This document shows, in pieces, positions 1 through 11,357 of a DNA stretch of 64,000 nucleotides. Within the stretch, counting starts at the first letter, position 1; every line of letters begins with the position of its first letter. The stretch spans positions 154,814,001 to 154,878,000 of the forward strand of contig CM068742.1 of assembly GCA_035084275.1 (NCBI GenBank), given 5' to 3'. The notes under the pieces are model-generated. The model made no database searches and was not told the DNA's origin. It saw only the letters and a list, made by a program, of their open reading frames with translations. The translations under genes were made by a program, and so were the position numbers. This DNA comes from Hydrolagus colliei (lineage: Eukaryota).

Positions 1-640
1 GGGATGCCACTCCCCAGCACCAGCCAATAGGAAACTAGCTGCTGCAACTGTATAGGGCTCTGGTGACACTGCACCTAGAGTATTGTGTGCAGTTTTGGTC
101 TCCTTATTTAAAAAAGGACATACTTGCCTTAGAGGGGGTGCAGCGTAGATTCACTAGGTTAGATTCTGGGATGAGGGGACATGACCTATGAGGATAGGTT
201 GAATAAACTAGGGCTGTACTCTATAGAAGAATTACAGAAGAATTATGGGGGATCTTATTGAAACATATAAGATTCTTAAAGGGCTAGATAAAGTAGGCAC
301 TGAGGAACTGTTTCCCCTGGTAGGAGAATCTATAACCAGGGGTCACAGTCTTAAAATTAAGGGTCAGCCTTTTAGAACAGAGTTGAGGAAACATTTCTTC
401 ACTCAGAGGGCAGTGAATTTATGGAATTCACTCCCCCAGAAGGCTGTAGATGCTCAGTCCTTGAACATTTTCAAGGCTGAGACTGATCGATTTTAAAAAA
501 ATAGAAGGATAAGGGAATATGGGGATAGGGCAGGTAATCAGAGTTAGGTGAGAAGATCAGCCATGATATTATTGAATGGTGGAGCAGGCTCGAGGGGCCG
601 AATGGCCTACTCCTGCTCCTAATTCTTATGTTCTTATGCT
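1..640 (+). mobile_element. CR1 LINE, 3' portion (RT C-terminus and tail)
   Basis: ORF 245..496 (GDLIETYKILKGLDK..GHSLKIK..RKHFFTQRAVNLWNSLP) is the typical CR1 ORF2 C-terminus; ends in a (TTCTTATG)n tail at ~623-638. Confidence 0.92.
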
Positions 641-766
641 CATCATCACCTTCCTTCACTGGGAACACTCGCTTCCTATTGCCCATCCTGGGATGGGATA
701 TGTCCCACTGACTCCGGCACCAGTGAGGATCATCACGTCTCATTCCCACTTCCCATCGTTCCTCAC

Positions 767-1156
767 CTGTAACATACATACGTGTTCTGGGGCCAATTTC
801 AAACTTTCCATCCTCACCCTGGAGCTCCACACGACAGGAGAACACCTTATCATTGTCCTCTCCCCTCAGCTGGTTTATCTTTATTGTAGCGTCGTTCCTC
901 CTCGGGTTCCCAATCACTTTGTATCGATCTCCCTCGTTTACATCAATGACATTTTGATACTTTCCCTGTGAATCTGGCCTATAGTTTGTATATTTAAAAT
1001 ACACAGGACCAGCCCAGCCTCCCTTCCACTTGATGGTGATGTTGCCTGTGTATCTGGGGTGAGGGTGAGTGAACTTGCAGTACATGATGACTGGTGACCC
1101 TAACCTGCCAGTCACTGTATCAGGGATCTCCATTGTCCAGCCATTCTCACTGATCC
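767..1156 (-). CDS. SIGLEC15-like: SIGLEC15-like copy C, V-set Ig exon (390 nt, phase 1-1)
   Basis: Acceptor ctcacag|GGATC at 1156, donor ACAG|gtgagg at 767. Translation CKFTHPHPRY..ITIKW..GNPRRNDATI..FSCRVE matches recalled Siglec-15 motifs (CTFTHPHRHY, GNPRRNDLSL, FCRVE); F-strand Arg present. Confidence 0.88.
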
Positions 1157-1295
1157 CTGTGAGGACACACATGGTGTAATGTGAACCAGAACACAATATA
1201 AAAAGCAAACAGATAACACTGAGCTTGGACAAGAGCTAGTTTTGGTCATGGCTGAGAGTAATGTGGACAGTTTTGGGATCCTCTGTAAGAACACC

Positions 1296-2030
1296 AACAA
1301 CAAATTACACTTATAAAGCGCCTTTCACGTCGGGAGGACATCCCACGGCGCTGCACAGGATGCGTGTGACCCGAGCTGGGAGGGGAGTGTACGGGAAGGG
1401 GTGAAACAAGTAGGGAGGTCGAAAAATTTGGGGTGGAACAAATGGCACGGTCGAAGAGGAAAGTCTTCAAACCGGCCTTGAAAGAGGAAAGGGAAGAAAC
1501 GAGATGGAGGGATTGGGGGATGGAATTCCATAAAATCGGAGCAGAAAAACTGAAGGCCCGGCCTCTGATGGTGGGGCGGTTCGGGCGGGGGGCTTGGAGC
1601 AGGCCAAGTCCTGCTGAACGGAGGGTCCGGGTGGGCTTGTAGGGGGAGAGTAGATTGGTTAAGTAGGGCGGGGCAAGGCCATGTAAGGCCTTGAAGGTGA
1701 GGACGAAGATCTTGAACTCGATCCTCTGGAGGATGGGGAGCCAGTGGAGACGGGCGAGGGTGGGGCTATATGGTCGCGGAGGAGGGTGCGGGATAGTACA
1801 TGGGCTGCAGAGTTTTGGATGACCTGCAGCCTGTGAATGGAGCAACTGGGGAGGCCGACGAGGAGAGAATTTCCGTAGTCCAGCCTAGAGGTGATGTATG
1901 CGTGCACGAGTGTTTCGGCAGCGTGGGGTGTAAGATAGTTGCGGAGCCTGGCAATGTTGCGAAGTGTAAATGGTGGGATATAAAAGAAGGATATAAAGTT
2001 GCAGCTTAGGTTCAATGAGATATCCCCGGA
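1296..2030 (-). mobile_element. L2 LINE, 3' portion with (TTG)n tail
   Basis: Frameshifted RT C-terminal ORFs (LRNIARLR..AETLVHAYITSRLDYGN; LHWLPILQRIEFKI..LKTFLFDRA); tail gcgcctttcacgtcgggaggacatccc at ~1318. Confidence 0.9.
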
Positions 2031-3010
2031 GATGAGGGGGTTCAGTTACAAACAGAGAATAGAGAGGTATGTGGCGTTTTTCATTAAAGCGGAGAAGGTT
2101 AGAGGCACCTGAAACTTGCACTTGTCGAATGTCAAATGACCAATTTGTGACTAACCTTGTGGAAGATTTAGGCATGGAGAAGTGAGCGGAGTCTCCTGGG
2201 AGCTGAATTGGCTACAGTGTGACACGTTTGGCAAAAATATCAAAATCAAGCAAACCTTTTTGGTTAATCTTGGTTATAATAATAAATAAGTATAATAATC
2301 CTTGCATTTGATTTAGCGCTCTTCACATCTTATCAACATCTCAAAGCGCTTCACAGAATACACTGTAAAGTGAATTGACTGTGTATTTGTGGGTGAAATG
2401 CGGCAGCCAATTGCGCACAGCAGTATCATAAATTGAAAATGACCAATTTTATTATTGTGGTTTTTTTGGATGGATTATTATTAGGCATGTGGTATAAATA
2501 AACTTGCCCCAAGGTTTCACCCTGATCTGCCTAGGTTCGAACACAGGTCTCACGCTTGTAAGGCGAGTTCTCTAACCACTGAGCTTCTGGTTGCTCAGGT
2601 CCTGAGTAATTGCTGCTTGCCCAGTTAGAACCATCCTATCTGTTACTGCTTTAGTTTGCTGGGTCAACAAAAGCTGAGTGGGAAGACATCAGGTCATCAT
2701 TGACATGATGGGGCAGGAGCAGGGGAATGGGATTAGGTTAGAGGGTTTCACTGGGGAGCAAACACCAATACAGACAAGAGGAGAAATGAGCAGGGAATGG
2801 GATTTGATTAGTCAGCTAGAATGGGGACAGAGCAGGAGAATAAGACAGAGGCAGAGAGTTGAGAAACAAACATTGTGAGGCTCTGTGAGTAACAATTAAC
2901 TACACAAATCTAACAAATTGAAATCTATTTTCCAGGGGATGTCACATTGCTCCAGTATGCCAATAAAAGGTATAACAGAAATTAAAGTAAATTACTTGCA
3001 AACTACATAC

Positions 3011-3062
3011 GTGTGGCAGAGGCTGAAAGGACCAAGGCACAGAGCACAGCTCCCAGCATCAT
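3011..3062 (-). CDS. SIGLEC15-like: SIGLEC15-like copy C, signal-peptide exon (MMLGAVLCALVLSASAT, 52 nt)
   Basis: ATG at 3062, hydrophobic leader, phase-1 donor C|gtatgt that joins in frame to the V exon at 1156. Confidence 0.8.
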
Positions 3063-3439
3063 CGTCCCTCATTCAGGACACACTCCTTCCCCTGACACGT
3101 CTGCCTCGCACTGACACAGCTGGTCACACTTCTCTTTCCTTCCTCTGATTCTGTGGTCACCACCAAAGCTCCACCTCATACATTTGCTTCATTCTGATGC
3201 TCGGTAGTGTTTCTTCCCCACACTAACCCTGCCCCCACCCATATTACAGTTATCGGGTGACTTTCAAAGCTCTTTCACATGTCATACTTCTGTTATATTG
3301 GTAATGTTTACAGAACAAATGTTTAATAACCTTTATGTTTCTTGTTTAATATGGAATCTATAATGGTTCAATGCTTCAAACGTCTTCAAAAGATAGTGAC
3401 TGTGTGTTCATGGGCCAACCCAGTAGCCAGTTTGCACAA

Positions 3440-3715
3440 GCGATGCTACATACACAGCCATAAGATAAATGAACGATTAATCTGGTAAATTGTCGTGCTG
3501 GAAGCTGGGAGGAACTCGCTCCTGTTTACCTTGACTATTGAGTGATCTTTCATGTCAGATCCTTGGGTTAATGTCTCATCTGAAGGACAGCACCCTTGAC
3601 AATGTACTGGTCCCTCAATGCTGGAGCAGCAGCGTGGATTCTGAGCACAATCCCAATATGGGCATGAATCCACAGTCTTTAGACCCAGGGGTGAGATGTG
3701 ACTGACTGAGCCATG
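3440..3715 (-). mobile_element. Deu-domain-type SINE fragment (SacSINE1/AmnSINE-like)
   Basis: Resembles the reverse complement of the recalled shark SINE head and body (tggctcag..gagggagtgctgcactgtc..tcagatgagac); similar pieces at ~43200-43420 and ~63600-63960. Confidence 0.55.
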
Positions 3716-6700
3716 ATGACTTCCTATTGACTAATGGCTGCTCGGAGTCAACTGTGGAAAGTGACAGGCAGATAATTATGATACAAATAATAATTTATAA
3801 TCCTCGTATTTGATATATTGCTTGCCTTATCATGTCTCTGAGATGTCTCAAAGTGCTTTACAGAATATACTATAGAATTGACTGTACATTTTGTGGGTGT
3901 ATCACAGCAGCCAATTGTGCACAACAGTGTCCCACAAACAATTGTGGATTTAGTGAGCAAATTAAACCCAAAATTTGGAAGCAATTACTAGCTCCTGAAA
4001 AAGCAATCGACCATTCGATTGACAAACGGGTCCCTTCTTACTGGGAGTAAACAAATTCTGCCCAGCATTGAACCCATGTCCTGTTGCTTGCAAGGCGAAT
4101 ACTCTAACCACTAAACTACAAGACTTTATTATTGACTCACAGATTCTCCTGACCGCACGCACATTAACCCGCATGACCACAAAATACTTTTACAATCATT
4201 TTATTCAGTCATTTTCAAACAATGTTTACTATGGACCACAGGTTTAGCAGCAAAAACAGTAAATAAGAGAATGGGGAGAGTGTGTGAGTATGAGGAGAGG
4301 GCTGTGAGGGGGGCAGTGGGAGTGGGGCCAGTGAGGAGGAACAGTGAGGTGGTGCAGTGAGGGGGCAGTGGCGGTGGCAGTGAGGAGGGGGGGCAATGAT
4401 GTTTACAGTGAAATGGCAGTGGAGGGAGGCAGTGATGTGGGGGCAGTGAGGAGGGATTAATGAGGAGGAGACAGTGTAGGCATAATGATGGGGGCAGTGT
4501 GGGGGTCAATGAGGAGGGGTACTGAGGATGCAAAATTAGGGTAGTGAGGGGGGGAAACTTGCTGCTCACAAACGGCTCCCTCTCAGCTTTGCTCAATTAG
4601 GAGGACACATTTTGTAAGGATACCCTCTTGCCTTTCTCTCAGCTCGAGAGGGATTTCTTGACTGCAACAATGGTTGCTATTGTTTAACCTCTCTGCGCAT
4701 TCAGCTGCTGAATTGAGAGGAGGACGGGGGGTGGGGGAAGGAGGGGGCGCGGTTGATGGAAAGTTGGAAGAGAGATAACTTTCTGCAGTTGAATATCAAA
4801 TAAATATTAAAAGAACGAGGTCTTCCTGATCGACTCCCATCAGCATCCTCAAAGTCACTGACAGAATCTCCATTCAGGGATGTATACTCCATTGAACTGA
4901 GCCAGCCCAGAACCTTGGCATCTTGTTGACTCTCAACCTTCCTTGCTATGCAGTGTGTGATATGACCAACTCTGCTCTCCCCGTCTCTGCAATGGGTCAT
5001 AGTCATCCTTCCTAACCCTTCTCTTAAGATACTTCAGGTCATCCAGAAATATGTAGCTTATATTGGGATCCACACAAGAATCTGTAACACCCTCACCTGG
5101 CTCCACTAACTCCCATCCCCCAGAATATAAAGCTCAATATCCTTCTCCTCACCTTCAAGGTTTGCATGGCTCTGGCCAGCTCCACATTGACCACCTTGTG
5201 TGCCCCAACATTGGCTGTCAGACCTTCAGCTTCTGTCCTCCAGGATTTGGAGCTCCATCCATAGTACTTTAACCATGCTCCCTCCCTTGCTTCCTTCAAA
5301 GCATCTCTCCAGGCCTCCTCTTTCAGAACCCTCCTACCCTCCATGCCCTCTGCCCTCTCTGATCCCAACAACTCCTCTTTATGGGTGGGTCCAAATGCAT
5401 GAATATCCATCATTTGGGGATGTCAGCACCTTGGAACATCCTCCCAACATGAAAGGCGTTATACAAATTAATTTTTTTTTGTCCTTCCAAGATGAAATGC
5501 GCTAAACAAATATAATACTGTATTGGCATTTTGTATTGTAATAATCCTAAATAATATTCTCTAAAGTTCATTCACTGTATAATTTGTGGGAAAACTACAT
5601 CAGTGAATTAGGCACATTACTGTCCATAAACAGTCATGGATAGAGTGAACAAATTATTTTTTGAAATTATGCTTTTAAGCAATTGACTAACAACTGGGTT
5701 CCTACTGACTGACAGATAAGTAGAGGCATGTGGAGTAAGGGAATTGACCACAGATCCTTCTGACTACAAACACATCAACCCACACCACCAAGTGATACTT
5801 TCACAAGTATTTTATTCAGTCAATTTGAAAACAGAATAGTTACTATGGGGCACAGGTTTGGCAGCAAAAGCAGTTTATAAGAGAATTTGATTAAATGTCT
5901 TAAAATCAATGATGTTCAACAATATTCTTCAAGGTTGGAAATATTCCAGGAGGCAGTGAGGAGTTGATGTGTGAAGCTGTAGGCAAAGGGTGAACACAAT
6001 CCCCAAATACAGTTGCATTCCAAAATGGTTAAGAAGAATGATGACATCAAGATTATCACTGGCAGTGGCAGCAAAAGAGGTAAGAAGCAATATTTTCAAA
6101 CGCATAGAATATGGAATACTTTGCATGAGAGGCTTTGGAGGCCATAACCTTCAAATGCACAATAACAACAATGAGGCCCTTCATGTAGGCCAGTGACTTG
6201 GAGTGTTTAACACTGATGCAGGCCAACAACAACAACTTTGATTTATATAGCGCCCTCTATGCCAGACGGCCAAGCCAGGGGAAGGAAGGATGTGATTGTA
6301 AGCATGGGCGAAGCAACCCAATGCTATAATGGGAGGACTCTAGGCTGGTTTTTACTGCAAGGAGATTGGCTAAAACATCTTCAACATCAGAAGCTCTGCT
6401 TCACCTGACGCTCTTGTAATTTTGTGGGACCCACTTTCATGGGCACTGAATACAGGCACAGATGAGAGAGCGGTGACTATACAGAGCTTCCTCTTTACTG
6501 GGCCTCAGGCTGGAGACACCTTAACTCAGTGTGAAAAGAAAAAGAATGGGATCACTTTTCAGCCAATGCTAAAATGCTATTATTTGAAGACATGGGCTCA
6601 CATGTTCCCAGAGGCTCAACAGAATTATCAAATTCCACTTGGTCTCAATCTTTGAGAAGTTTTGCCTTCCAATATAGGATGGTATACAAATATGGTAAAT

Positions 6701-7169
6701 CCAACCACAACATGAAATCACACAGCATAACATCGTAGAGCACTTTATAGAGGCAAGTTTTGATGCCAAGCAATGGAGTAGGATAAGGTGACCATACACA
6801 TAATTGAAGTGTTCGGTCTCAGCTGGATATCTGAAATGCATCACCTTTCTTAACAGTTCCGTGCACCCCACCTGAAATGGTCTGTGTTAGCTGAGCTAAT
6901 GGTCTGGGAAAAGAGTGGCCTATGAAGCGGCCAGGGCTGCTCCATGTCCAGGTAGGTTCTAAAGTAGAATTTAAATATAATTAGGTGGAAAAAATAGGCT
7001 TTGATGCAAGGAAATCCAGAGAAGTATGCCATAGTGGCAGAAGGCACATCCTCTGATGGTGGTATGGTGGGGTCAGAGGAATTGCAGCAAACCTGTGTTA
7101 GCTGAGCAAAGAGGGTGGGCAGAGAAGTGTATGAGGGTATGAGGTGATGGCGAGGTAGTTGGAAACTTT

Positions 7170-8200
7170 TTAATTGACCTTCTGTTGTGGGAATCCAACA
7201 TAAAGGGGCAGAGACTAAAATTTTGCATCATTTTGATGAAGTAATGGAATGGGTGGATGAGGGTAGTGCACTTGATGTAGCTTATATGTACTTTCAAAAG
7301 GCATTTGACAAAGTGCCATATGAAAGGCGTATAAAGAAAATAGAGGCCCACAGCGTAAAAGGGACAGTGGCAGCATGGATCCAGAACTGGATGGGAGACA
7401 GAAAGCAGAGAGTTGTGATGAACGGCTGCTTTTCTGACTGGAGGGACGTACAGTGGCATCCCCCAGGGATCGTTATTGGGGCCACTGCCCTTTATAATGT
7501 ATATTAATGGTCTGGACTTGGGTATAGGGAGTATAATTTCAAAGTTTTTCAAAGTTCAAAGTTTGCAGATGATACAAAGTTAGGAAAACTAGTAAATAGT
7601 GAGGAGGATAGTAGTCAACTGCAAGACGATATAGACCAAATGGTAAAATGGGCAGCTACATAGCAACTGAAATTTAATGTAGAGAAATGCGAGGTGATGC
7701 ATTTTGGAAGGAGAAATGAGGGGAGGCAATATAGGCTAAGTAGTGCAATTTTATGGGGTGTGAAGGAACAGAGAGACCTGGGGATTTGTGTGAGTGATTC
7801 TTTGAAGGTGACAGGTAGACAAGGCTATCAAAAAAGCATATGAGATACTAGGTTTTATAAATAGGGGCATAGAGTACAAAAATCAGGGAGTTCTGACTAA
7901 ACTTTCGTTAGGCCTCAGCTAGAATACTGGTACAATTCTGGCCACCACACTTTAGGAAAGATGTTAAGGCATCGGAAAGGGCGCAGAGGAGGTTTACTAG
8001 GATGGTACCAGGAATGAGGAACTTCAGCTATGAGGAAAGGCTGGAGAGACTAGGTTTACCTCATTGGAACAGAGAAGGTTGCGAGGAGACCTAATAGAGG
8101 TTGTTAAGATCATGAGGGGATTCGACAGAATAGATAGGGAAAAAGTGTTTCCACTGGTGGGCGTATCAGTGACTCGTGGTCACAGATTTAAAATACAGGA
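7170..8200 (+). mobile_element. CR1 LINE, degraded RT region
   Basis: Broken ORFs with [28 protein letters not shown] and [12 protein letters not shown] motifs, many stops and frameshifts. Confidence 0.9.
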
Positions 8201-8321
8201 AAAGCCCATTTATCTGGCACCCTCAGGACCTGGCCAATGCCGGTTAAACTGCATGCCGGATAAATAATAACAGAATATTGTATGGATAAGTACCAATAAT
8301 GCAATAAGTATCAATTACGGT

Positions 8322-8530
8322 CTATTTGTCTGTCTCTGACTCCCTGGGGTTGGAGCGGGAGGTGAGGTCAAGAGTGTCATTAGAAACTGGCTGCCCTTGT
8401 GGCCTCCCTCTCCTCCAAATCACTGTGACTGTGGCACGATTCAGGTATGTGTTGGACCTGGTGAAGGAGCAGGGCAGTGTGGCATCACCTCCCTTGGTAC
8501 CAGTCACTGACGGGAGCTTCTCTTCATGAC
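8322..8530 (-). pseudogene. SIGLEC15-like copy B, truncated second V-set exon
   Basis: Acceptor ctgtcacag|GTCATG at 8530. HEEKLPSVTGTKGGDATLPCSF..VIWRR is paralogous to V2 of copy A, but ends in TAG at 8322-8324 before the D-G strands. Confidence 0.75.
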
Positions 8531-8822
8531 CTGTGACAGGAACAGGATTGGAATACTGAAGCGCAGTCAGTGTGACACAGTACATGTTACACGCATGTGA
8601 GGAGCCTTGGCAAATAGACATTCCCACAGTGACAGGTCAGTGTACAGCACAGCCCTCCCTCCCATCAGCCGCTCACTCACTGTCCCTGCCAGCCCCTGTT
8701 CCACACCTTCCTTCACTGGGAACACTCGCTCCCTATTGCCCGTCCTGGGCGAGACACTTCCGACTGACTCCGGCACCAGTGAGGATCATCACGTCTCATT
8801 CCCACTTCCCATCGTTCCTCAC

Positions 8823-9212
8823 CTGTAACATACAGACATGTATCTGGGCGAGTTTCAACCTTTCCATCGTCACCCTGGAGCTCCACACGACAGGTGAACA
8901 CCTTATTATTGTCCTCTCCCCTCAGCTGGTTTATCTGTATTGTAGCGTCGTTCCTCCTTGGGTTCCCAATCACTCGGTGTCGATCTCCCTCCTTTACATC
9001 AATGACATTTTGATACTTTCCCTGTGAATCTGGCCTATAGTTTGTATATTTAAAATACACAGGACCAGCCCGGCCTCCCTTCCACATGATGGTGATGTTG
9101 CCTGTGTATCTGGGGTGAGGGTGAGTGAACTTGCAGTACATGATGACTGGTGACCCTAACCTGCCAGTCACTGTATCAGGGATCTCCATTGTCCAGCCAT
9201 TCTTACTGATCC
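8823..9212 (-). CDS. SIGLEC15-like: SIGLEC15-like copy B, V-set Ig exon (390 nt, phase 1-1)
   Basis: Same splice sites as copy C; 21 of 390 nt differ by hand alignment; FTCRVE retains the Arg; frame open. Confidence 0.85.
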
Positions 9213-10829
9213 CTGTGAGGACACACATGGTGTAATGTGAACCAGAACACAATATAAAAGCAAACAGGCAACACTGAGCTTGGACAAGAGCTTGGTTAGG
9301 TCACAGCTGGGAGTAATGTGGACAGTTTGGGATCCCCTGTAAAAAGGATATAAAAGCGATAGAAAAGATGCAGCGTAGATTTCAGGTGCAACCAGAGACT
9401 TGAGAATTTGTTTTTTTTTACATTTGCTCAAAAAGGATTATCTGGTAAAGGCTCAAAGAATTACACCAGTGTATTTTCGGCTGTTCAGCCTGTTAGTCAC
9501 AGAAGAAATAAATCTAAATCCATCACAAAAAATGAACTAAGAAGAGGTTAGAAATCCTGTCTTTACACAGAGGAGCTGCGATTGTCTCTGCCACAAACTA
9601 GACTTGAGTTTGTCTAGTTAATAAGAATAAGTGCTATATCAAATGCAATGATTATTATTCTTCTGATTATTAACCACAACTTTGCATTTCATAGAATCAT
9701 AGAATCATAGAATCATAGAATTTTACGGCACAAAAGGAGGCCATTCGGCCCATCTAGTCTGTGCCGGCTCTTTGAAAAGAGCGATTCAATCCCACTGCCC
9801 TGCCCGCTCCCCATAGCCTAATAGACCCGTTCTCCCTAAATAAAGATCTAATTCCCTTTTAAAAGTTGTTATCGAATCAGCCTCCACCACCTTTTCAGGC
9901 AATGCATTCCAGATTCGAACAACTCGCTGAGTGAAAAAAATTCTCCTCAGCTCCCCTCTACTGCACCTTGAAACTATTTTAAATCTGTGACCACGAGTCA
10001 CAGATTCACCCACGAGTGGAAACAGTTTTTCTCTATTTGCCCTGTCGAAACCCCTCAAACAAACAAACAAACAAAACTTACATTTATATAGCGCCTTTCA
10101 CGTCGAGAGGACATCCCAAGGCGCTGTACAGTCAGGTAGGACAAGAGCAGGGTGGGAAGGATCAGGCAGGATGAAGAATAGTAGGAAAAGTAACTGTATT
10201 AGTGGGCGAAACGCGGCAGCCAAATTGCGCACAGCAGTGTCCCACAATCAGTGACGGAAGTGGGACTAGGGGCAAAAGGGGGTAAAGAAGCAAAAGGGGA
10301 GGGGTCGAGGCAGGGGAAGAAAAGCAGGAAAGTCGACTGTATACTTGTGGGCGAAACGCGGCAGCCAAATTGCGCACAGCAGTGTCCCACAAACAATCGC
10401 GAAAATGGGGCCAGGGGAGAAAGGGGGAAAAGAGGGTAAGGGGGGAGAGGGAGGGAAAGGTGGGATGGGTTAGGGTTAGGGAGGAAGAGGGGGGAGAAAG
10501 GGGGGTAAGGAAGAGAGGGAGGGAAAGATGGGTGGGGGCCAGATCAGGAAGAGGGAAGAGGGAGGGAAGGGGGAAAGGGAGGAGAGAAAGTGGGGAAAGG
10601 GAGTGAGGGAAGAAGACGATGGGGGCAGGGGTGGGGGGAATCAAACAACAATAATAAACAACAAAAGCAATAATATTAACAACAAAAACAGCAACAAACA
10701 ATAACCAACAATCGTCCAACAATCGTCCAGCAACCACTCCCTGTCCTCGCCGCCCGCCCGGACCATCCCTGAGATGGCGGGAAAACAAGGTCCCAGTCGT
10801 GGTGTCAGGCCCCAAAACCCACCGGCTCC

Positions 10830-10968
10830 TCAGTCGGTGAACCCGGGGACTCTGTGATGGCCCTGGCACCTCGGACATGGTGTGTCTGGCCGGCTCGCAC
10901 AGCAGCAGCAGCAGCAGCCCGATCACCGTCTGGATCTCCCGCCACGAGATGATCCGTCGCTTGCAGCA
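10830..10968 (-). pseudogene. Histone H2B C-terminal fragment (diverged, 1-nt frameshift)
   Basis: [35 protein letters not shown] aligns by eye to H2B [36 protein letters not shown]. Confidence 0.75.
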
Positions 10969-10969
10969 C

Positions 10970-11257
10970 CTGGGCGCTCTCCCCCTCGCTCTCCCCCTCG
11001 CCCTCCCCCTCGCTCTCCCCCTCGCCCTCCCCCTCGCTCTCCCCCTCGCCCTCCCCCTCGCCATCCCCCTCGCCCTCCCCCTCGCTCTCCCCCTCGCCCT
11101 CCCCCTCCCCCTCGCTCTCCCCCTCGCTCTCCCCCTCGCGGAAGACGTGCGCCACCCGCTGCCTGAGGAAAGTGCCGAGGTCGCGGCCTTCCCAGGTCCT
11201 GTCGAGGGGCCGCTCTTCGCACAGCCGGAGGAAGCGCCGACAGCGAGTGGCCGCCAT
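10970..11257 (-). pseudogene. UQCC2: UQCC2 N-terminal (first-exon-sized) fragment with internal repeat expansion
   Basis: [43 protein letters not shown](..)SAQ versus recalled human UQCC2 [46 protein letters not shown]. Confidence 0.85.
10976..11137 (-). repeat. 12-nt minisatellite GAGGGGGAG(A/G)GC, ~13.5 units
   Basis: Directly visible 162-nt tandem array; source of the (EG)n, (RARG)n, (LALP)n and (PPRS)n ORFs. Confidence 0.95.
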
Positions 11258-11259
11258 TC

Positions 11260-11357
11260 CCTCCGCGATACTCCCCGTCGTGCAAAAAGATGGCTTCGTT
11301 GGCCGACTGCAAATAGAGGAAGAAGCGGCAGCGATGGAAGCCGCCTCCAGCTGGTGG
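11260..11357 (-). pseudogene. PEBP-family (PEBP4-like) fragment
   Basis: Frame [32 protein letters not shown] versus recalled PEBP4 [33 protein letters not shown] (12 of 17 identical over the GxHR motif). Confidence 0.65.

Noticed and set aside
471-1232. 253-aa and 179-aa (8713..9252) single-exon Ig proteins as given in the ORF track
   Set aside because: The ORFs run through clear splice acceptors and donors; only the 390-nt V exons are supported
5930-6170. Short ORFs as a missing cytoplasmic exon of copy B
   Set aside because: One plus-strand frame (HRIWNTLHE) looks like a decayed CR1 3' end; no convincing splice context
6872-6958. 87-nt minus-strand segment with good splice signals as a further exon of copy B
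   Set aside because: Open in two phases but no similarity to C2, TM or tail; no paralogue in copy A; unsupported without RNA data
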